DNA of 29,189 nucleotides, from positions 6,769-35,957 of the forward strand of contig JBGAOA010000042.1 in the NCBI GenBank assembly GCA_044222065.1, given 5' to 3'. Within the stretch, counting starts at the first letter, position 1; every line of letters begins with the position of its first letter. The stretch is from Candidatus Eiseniibacteriota bacterium (GTDB lineage: Bacteria > Eisenbacteria > RBG-16-71-46). Under the pieces are notes generated by a model. That model had not been told where the DNA came from. It made no database searches and was given only the letters and a program-made list of their open reading frames with translations. The position numbers and the translations under genes were made by a program. Positions 1 through 10,223 of this stretch are shown here, in pieces.

Positions 1-1716
1 TACGACGCGGACTTCGATCTGCCGAGCCCGCCGCAGGCGCCGCTCGCGACCGGCTCGCCGCGCGAGGGCAACGTCTACCTGAACTGGGACACGCGCGCCG
101 AGAACTACAACGGCGGGGCGTACCAGTTCGAAGGCTACGTCGTCTATCAGGGCGCATCGGTCGCCGGGCCGTTCACGCGGCTCGCGACGTACGACATCGA
201 GAACGGCATCACGAACGTGATCGACGACGACTTCAACGAAGAGCAGGGACTCATCCTGCCGATCGGCAAAGCGTTCGGTCAGGACGTCGGCATCCGCTAC
301 CAGCACCAGACGAACGCCGACGCCGTGCGCGGCGGGCCGCTGAACAACGCGAGCACGTACTACTACTCGGTGAACTCGTACGCCGTGTGCGACTCGTGCT
401 TCCCGAAGGTGCTCGAGTCCGCGTTCAACGTGTTCGCCGTTACGCCGCAGACGCCCGCGGCCGGCGTGGACTGGGCGTCGGCGGGGCTCGGCGGGCTCAC
501 GCAGTCGCAGCGCTCGACCGGCCCGATCCCGACGACCGACGTCGTGATCCCGGGCATCGTGGATCCGAACGCGGTCGTGACCGCCGACTGGGAGATCGGC
601 TTCAAGCCCGCGGCCGGTTCACGCGTGTGGTACCTCGTGCGCCGCATGGGCACCTCCGTGGACACGGTCGTCAACAACTGGCCGAACTTCTCGGGCGACG
701 AGAACTACCCGATCGTGAACGGCATCCAGGTGAAGCTCACGAGCAAGCCGCTCGGCGTGCTCTCGCAGGCGTTCTACCAGGACACGACGGGCGGGAACCC
801 GACGCCGCTCGAGGGCGTGGACTTCGGGCTCGAGTACTTCGGCGGCGGCGCCGGTTACGGCGCCGACCAGGCCGGCTCGACGATCCCGAGCCAGAGCATC
901 GGCCCGAACGTCACGATCCGCTTCGGCGGCGCGACGAACATCGGCACGGCCTACCACTACAAGCGCCGCCCGCTCCCGACGGGGACGGTCTACGAGTACA
1001 TCGACAAGGTCGCTGTGCCGTTCGTGCTCTACGACAGCGACGCTCCGGCGACGCGATTCGCGGCCGGCTTCCTCGAGACCGAGGGCGCCGCGAGCGACGA
1101 CAACCAGTGGATGCCGTCGTCGGCCGGCAACGGCGGCCGCGAGATCATCTTCATGTTCAACCGCTCGTACACCGATCCGGGCAACGACGCGTTCTTCGCC
1201 TCGCCGGCGAACGCGGACATCCTGTCGGGCAACCTGCCGATCCTCTACGAGCTCGTGCCGCGGCGCCTCGACGACGCGGCGGTGATCGACGCGGGTGACA
1301 AGTTCCGCTTCATCACGAGCATCCCGTCGAACGCGAACGACGTCTTCACGTTCTCGACGACGGCGGCGGACCGCTTCAATGCCGCGCTCGCGAAGGACGA
1401 GCTCGCGAAGGTGCTCGCGGTGCCGAATCCGTACTTCGCGCACTCGTCGTTCGAGCCCGATCAGTTCAACCGCGCGGTGAAGTTCACGCACCTGCCGGCG
1501 CGCTGCACGATCCGCCTGTTCAACCTCGCGGGCGACCTCGTGCAGACGATCGAGAAGAACGACGATTCGTCGCAGGCGTCGTGGAACCTGAACACCTCGA
1601 ACGGGCTCCCCGTCTCGAGCGGCATCTACATCTTCCACGTGGACGCTCCCGGGGCGGGAACCCACATCGGCAAGGTCGCGATCTTCATGGAGAAGGAGCG
1701 CCTCAACCGCTTCTGA
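1..1716 (+). CDS. Large secreted protein with T9SS-type C-terminal sorting domain (5' partial)
   Basis: Frame 1 is open from base 1 (YDADFDLPSPPQAP...YQFEGYVVYQ), so the gene starts upstream of the window. The C-terminus VLAVPNPY...CTIRLFNLAGDLV...SWNL...VSSGIYIFHV...GKVAIF has the Por/T9SS CTD pattern. Confidence 0.8.
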   Translation, partial: YDADFDLPSPPQAPLATGSPREGNVYLNWDTRAENYNGGAYQFEGYVVYQGASVAGPFTRLATYDIENGITNVIDDDFNEEQGLILPIGKAFGQDVGIRYQHQTNADAVRGGPLNNASTYYYSVNSYAVCDSCFPKVLESAFNVFAVTPQTPAAGVDWASAGLGGLTQSQRSTGPIPTTDVVIPGIVDPNAVVTADWEIGFKPAAGSRVWYLVRRMGTSVDTVVNNWPNFSGDENYPIVNGIQVKLTSKPLGVLSQAFYQDTTGGNPTPLEGVDFGLEYFGGGAGYGADQAGSTIPSQSIGPNVTIRFGGATNIGTAYHYKRRPLPTGTVYEYIDKVAVPFVLYDSDAPATRFAAGFLETEGAASDDNQWMPSSAGNGGREIIFMFNRSYTDPGNDAFFASPANADILSGNLPILYELVPRRLDDAAVIDAGDKFRFITSIPSNANDVFTFSTTAADRFNAALAKDELAKVLAVPNPYFAHSSFEPDQFNRAVKFTHLPARCTIRLFNLAGDLVQTIEKNDDSSQASWNLNTSNGLPVSSGIYIFHVDAPGAGTHIGKVAIFMEKERLNRF

Positions 1717-1765
1717 GGCTCACCCCGTGATCGATCGCACTCTCTCGCACAAGGAGCGAAACGAG

Positions 1766-2788
1766 ATGAAGACCCTGAGAGTCATCGGGATCGCGATCGC
1801 GATCCTGTCGCTCGCAGCGACCTTCGCCGGTGCCGGGACCGAAACGCGTCTGGGCACGAGCGGCGCGAGCGAGCTGCGCATCCCCGTCGGCGTGCGGGGC
1901 ATCGCGCTCGGCGGCGCGGACATCGCGTCCGTGACCGGCGCCGAAGCGATGTTCTACAACCCGGCCGGCATCGCCGGCACCGAGAACAAGACGGAGCTGC
2001 AGTTCTCGAACACGCAGTACATCGCGGACATGAAGCTCAACTACTTCGCCGTGAGCCAGAACCTCGGCAACCTCGGGTTCGTGGGCTTCAGCGCGAAGGT
2101 GCTGAGCATCGGCGACATCACGTACACGACGGAGACCGCGCCGGACGGAACGGGGGAGGTGTTCTCGCCCACGTTCAGCACGCTCGGCCTCACGTACGCG
2201 CGCGCGATGACCGACCGCGTGAACTTCGGCGGCACGATCTACTACGTCGCCGAACGCATCCTGCAGGAGACCGCGGCCGGAGTGGCGTTCGACTTCGGCT
2301 TCCAGTACGACACGGGGTACCGCGGAGCAAAGCTCGGGCTCTCGATGAAGAACTTCGGGCCCGCGCAGAACTTCACGGGCTCGGACTTCGAGCGCAACCT
2401 GCGGCTGCCGGAGGACGACCCGCAGGCGGGCAACCGCACCGTGGCGCTCGGCACGGCGGAGTACGAGCTGCCTTCGTACTTCACCGCGGGCGCGAGCCTG
2501 CCGCTCGTCCAGGGCACGAACACGCTCACGGCCCACGTGCTGTACGCGAGCAACAGCTTCGGCGTGGACGACGGCCGGATCGGCGTCGAGTGGTCGTGGC
2601 GCGGCGACGTATCGCTGCGCGCGGGCTACAAGCTCACGTCGAGCGACGACGACCTGTTCGACGTGAGCTACGGCGCGGGCTTCCGGGTTCCGGTCGGCTC
2701 GAGCCACCTGACGGTGGACTATGCCGGCCAGCGCGTGAGCGACTTCTTCGACGACGTGCAGCACGTCGGAGTCGGCTTCACGTTCTAG
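1766..2788 (+). CDS. PorV/PorQ family outer-membrane beta-barrel (T9SS shuttle-like)
   Basis: AAGGAG precedes ATG at 1766. It has a signal peptide, the motif ELRIPVGVRGIALGGA...AMFYNPAGIA, alternating beta-strand patterns and a C-terminal Phe. Confidence 0.8.
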   Translation: MKTLRVIGIAIAILSLAATFAGAGTETRLGTSGASELRIPVGVRGIALGGADIASVTGAEAMFYNPAGIAGTENKTELQFSNTQYIADMKLNYFAVSQNLGNLGFVGFSAKVLSIGDITYTTETAPDGTGEVFSPTFSTLGLTYARAMTDRVNFGGTIYYVAERILQETAAGVAFDFGFQYDTGYRGAKLGLSMKNFGPAQNFTGSDFERNLRLPEDDPQAGNRTVALGTAEYELPSYFTAGASLPLVQGTNTLTAHVLYASNSFGVDDGRIGVEWSWRGDVSLRAGYKLTSSDDDLFDVSYGAGFRVPVGSSHLTVDYAGQRVSDFFDDVQHVGVGFTF

Positions 2789-2805
2789 CCTCGCCGGCAT
2801 CTTCA

Positions 2806-2843
2806 GGGCCCCCGGGCGTCAGGCCCGGGGGCCCGTTTCATTT
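2806..2843 (+). terminator. Intrinsic terminator after the PorV-family gene
   Basis: Perfect 12-bp stem GGGCCCCCGGGC/GCCCGGGGGCCC with a 5-nt loop, followed by GTTTCATTT. Confidence 0.8.
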
Positions 2844-2895
2844 CCGCCGGCGGGAGAGCGAGGGCGGCACCCGCGTGCCCAGGACCGCATACCGG

Positions 2896-2925
2896 TTGAC
2901 CAAAGTCGTGCGAATCCACTAGGTT
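2896..2925 (+). promoter_or_regulatory. Putative sigma70 promoter of the merR-suf operon
   Basis: TTGACC (2896-2901), 18-nt spacer, TAGGTT (2920-2925), in a locally AT-richer patch. Confidence 0.5.
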
Positions 2926-2933
2926 CTGCGCCC

Positions 2934-2955
2934 ACTCTAACGTTCACGTAAGGGT
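2934..2955. promoter_or_regulatory. MerR-family-type operator palindrome
   Basis: ACTCTAACGT-TC-ACGTAAGGGT is an inverted repeat with 8 of 10 positions matched and an ACGT-N2-ACGT core. It ends 1 nt before the merR ATG. Confidence 0.65.
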
Positions 2956-3507
2956 ATGAGCGCCTCCGCCACCGACCTCCATTCGCCCGCCCTCCTCCGT
3001 GTCGGCGACCTCGCGCGAGCTTCTGGAAAGACCGTTCGCGCGATCCACCTGTACGAGGAGCTGGGCCTGCTGCAGCCCGCCTCGCGCACGAGCGGCGGGT
3101 TCCGGCTGTACGCGCCTTCCGCAATCGAGCGCGTGCGCTGGATCGACCTGCTGTCCGGGCTCGGGTTCTCGCTGCAGGAGATGCGCGACCTGATCCGCAG
3201 CTGGGCCGGGGCCGACGTCGCGCCGCGGGCGATGGAGGACTTGCGGGCGCTGTTCCAGCAGAAGCTCGGTGAGACGCGCGAGCAGGTCGCGCGCTTCCAG
3301 CAGCTCGAGCGCGAACTCCGCGAGGGGCTCGCGTATCTCGAAACCTGCCGCGAGTGCAGCACGCCGTCGTCGACGACCGCGTGCCGCGACTGCTCGCAGG
3401 ATCACGGCACGAAGATCGAGCCGGCGCTCGTCGCCGGCTTCACGTCCGCACCGGGACGCGCGCGTCCTTCGCGTCCCGGATTCGTTCGCATCGAGGACAT
3501 CGGGTAG
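2956..3507 (+). CDS. MerR-family transcriptional regulator with C-terminal CxxC-x8-CxxC motif
   Basis: MerR HTH (LRVGDLARASGKTVRAIHLYEELGLLQPASRTSGGFRLY, LGFSLQEM), a coiled coil, then CRECSTPSSTTACRDCSQDH. Confidence 0.9.
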   Translation: MSASATDLHSPALLRVGDLARASGKTVRAIHLYEELGLLQPASRTSGGFRLYAPSAIERVRWIDLLSGLGFSLQEMRDLIRSWAGADVAPRAMEDLRALFQQKLGETREQVARFQQLERELREGLAYLETCRECSTPSSTTACRDCSQDHGTKIEPALVAGFTSAPGRARPSRPGFVRIEDIG

Positions 3508-3512
3508 GAGCC

Positions 3513-3878
3513 ATGGAACTTCCGATCGTGGGTGTTTCCGGTCAGTCCGTTCGCGGCGTCGCGCTCTCCGCGGTCGCCGCCGACAAGGTCCGCGAGCTGC
3601 TCGCGCAGCGCGGCACGGCGGGACAGTCGCTCCGCATCGGCGTGCGCGGCGGCGGCTGCTCGGGCAACTCGTACTTCATGGAATTCTGCGACGGCCCCGA
3701 GGCCGGCGACGAGCTGATCGAGAGCGGCGGCGTGCGGCTCGTCGTGGACGGCAAGAGCCTGATGCTGCTCAACGGCACGACCATCGACTACGTCACGGGG
3801 CTCATGGGCTCCGGCTTCAAGTTCAACAATCCGAACGTTCGGCACAGCTGCGCCTGCGGCGAGAGCTTCTCGGCGTAG
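3513..3878 (+). CDS. iscA: A-type Fe-S carrier protein (IscA/SufA/HesB family)
   Basis: Motifs GGGCSG and [19 protein letters not shown] precedes ATG at 3513. Confidence 0.92.
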   Translation: MELPIVGVSGQSVRGVALSAVAADKVRELLAQRGTAGQSLRIGVRGGGCSGNSYFMEFCDGPEAGDELIESGGVRLVVDGKSLMLLNGTTIDYVTGLMGSGFKFNNPNVRHSCACGESFSA

Positions 3879-3951
3879 AACGACGATTCACCCGGGACGC
3901 CGCGTGCGTCCTTCGCATCGCCGCACACGCGGCCGGAGAACACGACTCGAC

Positions 3952-4751
3952 ATGAGCCAGACGCCTGATCTGATCGTCCAGGACCTCCACGTCGCGGTGG
4001 AGGGGAAGGAAATCCTGAAGGGCCTCAACTTGCAGGTCCGCCGCGGCGAGATCCACGCGATCATGGGCCCGAACGGTTCGGGGAAGAGCACGTTCGCGAA
4101 CACGCTCATGGGCCACCCGCGCTACGAAGTGACGAGCGGCGACATCGTGTTCAAGGGCCAGAGCATCCTCGAGATGGAACCGGACGAGCGTTCGCGCCTC
4201 GGGCTGTTCATGGCGTTCCAGTACCCGGTCGCGATTCCCGGAGTCTCGGTCGCGAACTTCCTGCGAACCGCGCTCAACGCGCGGCTGAACCCGCCCGACG
4301 CCGAGGCCGAGGGCAAGGTGCCGGCGAAGCGCGGCATCAATCCGAAGGACTTCCGCGCGCTGCTCAAGGACAAGATGGCGCTGCTCAAGATGGACGAGTC
4401 GTTCGCGACGCGGTACTTGAACGACGGCTTCTCGGGCGGCGAGAAGAAGCGCGCCGAGATCCTGCAGATGGCGTTGCTCAAGCCCGAGATCGCGATCATG
4501 GACGAGACCGATTCCGGTCTCGACATCGACGCGCTGCGCATCGTCTCGGAGGGCGTGAACGCGCTCGCGGGTCCCGAACTCGGCGTCGTCGTGATCACGC
4601 ACTACCAGCGCATCCTGAACTACATCAAGCCGCATCACGTGCACGTCATGATCGACGGCCGCATCACGCTGTCGGGCGGTCCGGAACTCGCTCAGCAGCT
4701 CGAGACGAAGGGCTACGACTGGGTCCGCGAGGCGAAGGAGGCGGTCAGCCG

Positions 4752-4755
<4 letters not shown>
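3952..4755 (+). CDS. sufC: Fe-S cluster assembly ATPase SufC
   Basis: Motifs [33 protein letters not shown] and [11 protein letters not shown] at 3952 follows GGAG. Confidence 0.97.
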
Positions 4756-6157
<1,402 letters not shown>

Positions 6158-6161
<4 letters not shown>

Positions 6162-7498
6162 GCGCGAACCTCCAGGCGGTGGCCGGACTCGACGCGGAGA
6201 AGGCGGCGCGCGCGGAAGCGCGCGCGAAGGACGCGCGCGAACCGCAGTGGGCGCTCGACCGGCGCCGGGCGGCCGCGGGCACGTTCGGCGCGATCGGGTT
6301 CCCAAAGCGCGACGACGAGCTGTGGCGTCGCACGGACTTCCGCACGCTCGACGGCGCGCTCGCGGGCCTCGACCCGTTCGCGGCCGGCGCGAAGGCTCGC
6401 AACCTCGACGACCTGCCGGCCGGGCTGATCGCGCGGCTCGCGGGCGAGACGACCGGTTACGCGCTCGTCGCCCAGCGCAACGCCGACGTCGTGCTCGAGC
6501 AGACGCATCCCGAACTCGAACGCCAGGGCGTGTTCGTGGGCTCGCTCGAACGCGGCCTGCGGGAACGCGGCGACGCGCTGCGCGAGCGCTTCGGCGCGCT
6601 CATCCACGAGGACTACGACGGCTACACGGCCTTCGCGTCGGCGGTCCGATCGGGCGGGGCGCTCGTCCACGTGCCGGCGGACGTCGAGGCCGCGCTGCCG
6701 ATCCGGCTGTTCCAGTGGCTGGACGGCCCGGGGCTGCTGTCGGCGCCGCGCACGGTCGTGATCGTCGAGCGCGGCGCGAAGGCGACGATCATCGAAGAGC
6801 AGCTGTCGGACGCCGCCGACGGCCTGTCGGCGCACTGCGGCGGCACCGAGGTGTTCGTCGGCGAGGGTGCGCACCTCACCTACGGCACGCTGCAGGACTG
6901 GGGACGCAACGTGTTCCACTACGGGAACCAGCGCGCGCGCGTCGAGCGCGACGGCGAACTGCAGTGGATCCAGACGCTGCTCGGCGGACGCGTGACGAAG
7001 ACGAACTCGTACTTCGACCTCGCCGGCCAGGGCGCGCGCGCGTTCGTGCACGGCTTCATGTTCGGCGACGAGCGCCAGCACTTCCACCTGCACACGCTGC
7101 AGCGGCACCTCGCCCCCCACTGCACGAGCGACTTGCTCATCAAGGGATGCCTGAAGGACCACGCGCGCAGCGTGTACCAGGGGCTCATCCAGGTGAGCGA
7201 AGGCGCGCAGCGCACCGACGCCTACCAGGCGAACCGCAACCTGCTGCTCTCGGACACCGCTCGCGCCGACAGCATTCCCGGCCTCGAGATCCTCGCGAAC
7301 GACGTGCGCTGCACGCACGGCGCGACGATCGGCCACGTGGACGGGGAGCAGATGTACTATCTGATGGCGCGCGGGCTGCCGCGCGTCGAGGCCCAGCGCC
7401 TGATCGTCGAAGGGTTCTTCGCTCCGGTGCTGGACCGCATTCCGCTCGAGCACGTGCGCGCGCAGCTGCGCGACGAGATCGAGCGCAAGATCGGCTGA
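6158..7498 (+). CDS. sufD: Fe-S cluster assembly protein SufD
   Basis: ATGA overlap with the sufB stop. Motifs [34 protein letters not shown] and YYLMARG. The longer 5300-7498 ORF is a shadow extension. Confidence 0.95.
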
Positions 7499-7502
7499 CG
7501 AC

Positions 7503-8774
7503 GTGACTCTTTCGGTTCCGGGCGGGGCGGCGGAGGCCGCCCCGAAGCGCGCGTTCGATCCGCGGGTGATTCGCGAGGACTTCCCGATCTTCCGGACGCC
7601 GCGCGCGAAGCGGCTCGTGTACCTCGACTCGGCGGCGACGTCGCAGAAGCCCGAGTCCGTGCTCGGGGCGATGGACCGCTACTACCGCACCTCGAACGCG
7701 AACATCCACCGCGGCGTGTATTCGCTCGCCGAGGAGGCGACCGCCGCGTACGAAGACGCGCGCCGCAAGGTGGCGGCCTTCGTCGGCGCGTCGAGCCCGC
7801 GCGAGCTGGTGTTCACGCGCAACAGCACCGAGGCGCTGAACCTCGTCGCGCATGCGTGGGGGCGCGCGATGCTGCGCGCCGGCGATGCGATCGTGCTCAC
7901 CGAGATGGAGCATCACGCGAACCTCGTGCCCTGGCAGCTGCTCGCGGCCGAGAAGGGCGTCGAGCTGCGGTTCATTCCCGTGACGCCCGAGGGCGAGCTG
8001 GACCTCGAGGCGTACGACCGGCTGCTCGCGGACGGGCGCGTGAAGCTCGTGTCGTTCGTGCACGTCTCGAACGTCCTCGGCACCGTGAATCCCGCGGCCG
8101 AGATCGTCGCACGCGCGAAGGCGGCGGGCGCGGTCACGGTCGTGGACGGCTCGCAGAGCGCGCCGCACTTCGCCGTGGACGTGAAGGCGATCGGTTGCGA
8201 CTTCTTCGCCTTCACGGCGCACAAGCTGCTCGGCCCGACGGGCATCGGCGCGCTGTGGGGCCGGCGCGACCGGCTCGAGGCGATGCCGCCGTTCCTCGGC
8301 GGAGGCGAGATGATCCGCGAGGTGAAGCTCACGCAATCGACCTGGAACGAGCTGCCGTGGAAGTTCGAGGCCGGAACGATGGCGATCGCCGAGGCCGTCG
8401 GCTTCGGCGCGGCGACGGACTACCTGCTCGCGCTCGGACGCGAGCACGTCTGGGCGCACGACCGCGCGCTCGTCGCCTACGCGCTCGAGCGCGTGCGCGA
8501 GGTGCCGGGACTGCGCGTGCTCGGCCCGGGCGCGGACCGGCGCGGCGGCGTGCTCGCCTTCACGCTCGAGGGCGTGCATCCGCACGATGTCGCGACCGTG
8601 CTCGACGCCGAGGGCGTGTGCGTGCGCGCGGGCCACCACTGCGCGATGCCGCTCCACGAGAAGCTCGGCGCTCCGGCCTCGACGCGCGCGTCGTTCCACT
8701 GCTACTCCGTGAGCGAGGACGTGGATGCGTTCGTCGCGGGCCTGCACGTCGCCCGCAAGGTGTTCGCGCGATGA
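7503..8774 (+). CDS. sufS: Cysteine desulfurase SufS (group II)
   Basis: Motifs YLDSAATSQKP, EHHAN, TAHK (PLP lysine) and RAGHHCA. Confidence 0.96.
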   Translation: MTLSVPGGAAEAAPKRAFDPRVIREDFPIFRTPRAKRLVYLDSAATSQKPESVLGAMDRYYRTSNANIHRGVYSLAEEATAAYEDARRKVAAFVGASSPRELVFTRNSTEALNLVAHAWGRAMLRAGDAIVLTEMEHHANLVPWQLLAAEKGVELRFIPVTPEGELDLEAYDRLLADGRVKLVSFVHVSNVLGTVNPAAEIVARAKAAGAVTVVDGSQSAPHFAVDVKAIGCDFFAFTAHKLLGPTGIGALWGRRDRLEAMPPFLGGGEMIREVKLTQSTWNELPWKFEAGTMAIAEAVGFGAATDYLLALGREHVWAHDRALVAYALERVREVPGLRVLGPGADRRGGVLAFTLEGVHPHDVATVLDAEGVCVRAGHHCAMPLHEKLGAPASTRASFHCYSVSEDVDAFVAGLHVARKVFAR

Positions 8775-9178
8775 GCGGCGGCTGGGAAGACCTGTACCGC
8801 GAGAACGTGCTGGACCACTACCAGCACCCGCGCTGCCACGGCACGATCGAGAGCCCCGACCTCACGTACGAGGACGCGAATCCGCTGTGCGGCGACCGGC
8901 TGCGGATGGACTTCCGCATCCGCGACAACCGCATCGAGCAGGTGCGCTTCAGCGGCCACGGGTGCTCGATCAGTCAGGCTGCGGCCTCGATGCTGTGCGA
9001 GCGCATCGAGGGCCGCTCGCTCGACGAAGTGAAGTCGATCGGGCGCGACGACGTGCTCGAGATGATCGGCATCGAGCTCGGGCCCGTGCGCCTCAAGTGC
9101 GCGCTGCTCGCGCTCAAGACGATGAAGGCCGGCGTCTACGGTCTCACCCAGTGGCCCGGCGAGGAGGAAGGCGCGTGA
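8771..9178 (+). CDS. sufU: SufU/IscU-family sulfur-transfer or scaffold protein
   Basis: Motifs LDHYQHPR, NPLCGD, GCSISQAAAS and RLKCALL. ATGA overlap with sufS. Confidence 0.9.
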   Translation: MSGGWEDLYRENVLDHYQHPRCHGTIESPDLTYEDANPLCGDRLRMDFRIRDNRIEQVRFSGHGCSISQAAASMLCERIEGRSLDEVKSIGRDDVLEMIGIELGPVRLKCALLALKTMKAGVYGLTQWPGEEEGA

Positions 9179-10008
9179 GCGGCAACGGCGGATTCGTGAC
9201 GGTCGCGAGGCTCGGCGACATCCCCGAGGGCGGCGTGCGCGTCGCGCGCGTCGGCGAGACGGAGATCGCGGTGTTCCACGTGGACGGCGCGTACCACGCG
9301 CTCGAGGACGTGTGCACGCACGACGGCGGTCCGCTCGCCGAAGGCGCGCTCGAGGGCCACGAGATCGAGTGCCCGCGCCACGGCGCGCGCTTCGACGTGC
9401 GCACCGGCGCCGTCACGCGCATGCCCGCGACCGCCGCCGTGCCGCGCTGGGTCGTGCGCGTCTTCGACGGCGAGATCCAGGTCGCGCCTCCGGGCACCCC
9501 GGCGGGCGAGTCCGCGACGCCGCCGATCAACCGGCACACGGGCCAGCCCTATCCCGCGGGCGAACTCGACGCGACGACGTTCGGCGCGGGCGCGGCGTTC
9601 GCGGCCGACGCGGCGAACGCGCCCGGCGGGCAGTCGTCCGTGCGCCGGGCGGCCGAAGCGGCGCCGTCCGCGGCCCCCGCGGCGACCCCGCAGGCATCGG
9701 GCGCGGCGCCGAGCCAGCAGGAGCTCGCGATCCGCTCGGCGCTCGAAACCGTGATGGACCCCGAGATCGGCCTGTCGGTGATCGATCTCGGCCTGATCCG
9801 CGAGGTGCTGTTCCTCACCGACCCCTCGCGCACGCACGTCCGCATGATGCTCACGACGCCCTTCTGCCCGTACGCGCCGCAGCTCGTCGCCGAGGTGAAG
9901 CAGGCCGCCGAGAGCGTCGTGCCGCAGGTCTGCGACGTCGAGCTGATGCCCGATCCCTGGAGCCCGGACCTGATGCCGGACCCGGGGCTGCTCGGCTACT
10001 CGTTCTGA
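9175..10008 (+). CDS. Rieske [2Fe-2S] ferredoxin fused to a SufT/DUF59 domain
   Basis: GTGA overlap with sufU and GAGGAGG upstream. Rieske motifs CTH and CPRH, an Ala/Pro-rich linker, then DUF59 motifs DPEIGLSVIDLGLI and TTPFCP. Confidence 0.88.
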   Translation: MSGNGGFVTVARLGDIPEGGVRVARVGETEIAVFHVDGAYHALEDVCTHDGGPLAEGALEGHEIECPRHGARFDVRTGAVTRMPATAAVPRWVVRVFDGEIQVAPPGTPAGESATPPINRHTGQPYPAGELDATTFGAGAAFAADAANAPGGQSSVRRAAEAAPSAAPAATPQASGAAPSQQELAIRSALETVMDPEIGLSVIDLGLIREVLFLTDPSRTHVRMMLTTPFCPYAPQLVAEVKQAAESVVPQVCDVELMPDPWSPDLMPDPGLLGYSF

Positions 10009-10223
10009 TCGGCGACGTGCGCACGCCGCGTGCCGGCGTGGCCCTCGGCACCCGGGACGGGGCGAGGCGGCGGTCCGGACGTGCGGGCGGCGTTCGTCTC
10101 CCGTAAACTCCCCGCAGAACTCGCAGCTCCCGGAGCCGGCACCGTGCTTCGGGCGGCCTCGTCCGCGGATCCACCCGCTGAGTCTTCCATCGCGTCCTTC
10201 GCTCGGGACGCCGGAGGTGTGCC

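Noticed and set aside
10009..10223. Possible ncRNA or terminator between the suf operon and the cytochrome gene
   Set aside because: Only weak GC pairing and a lone TAAACT hexamer are present, with no U-tract or recognisable family.
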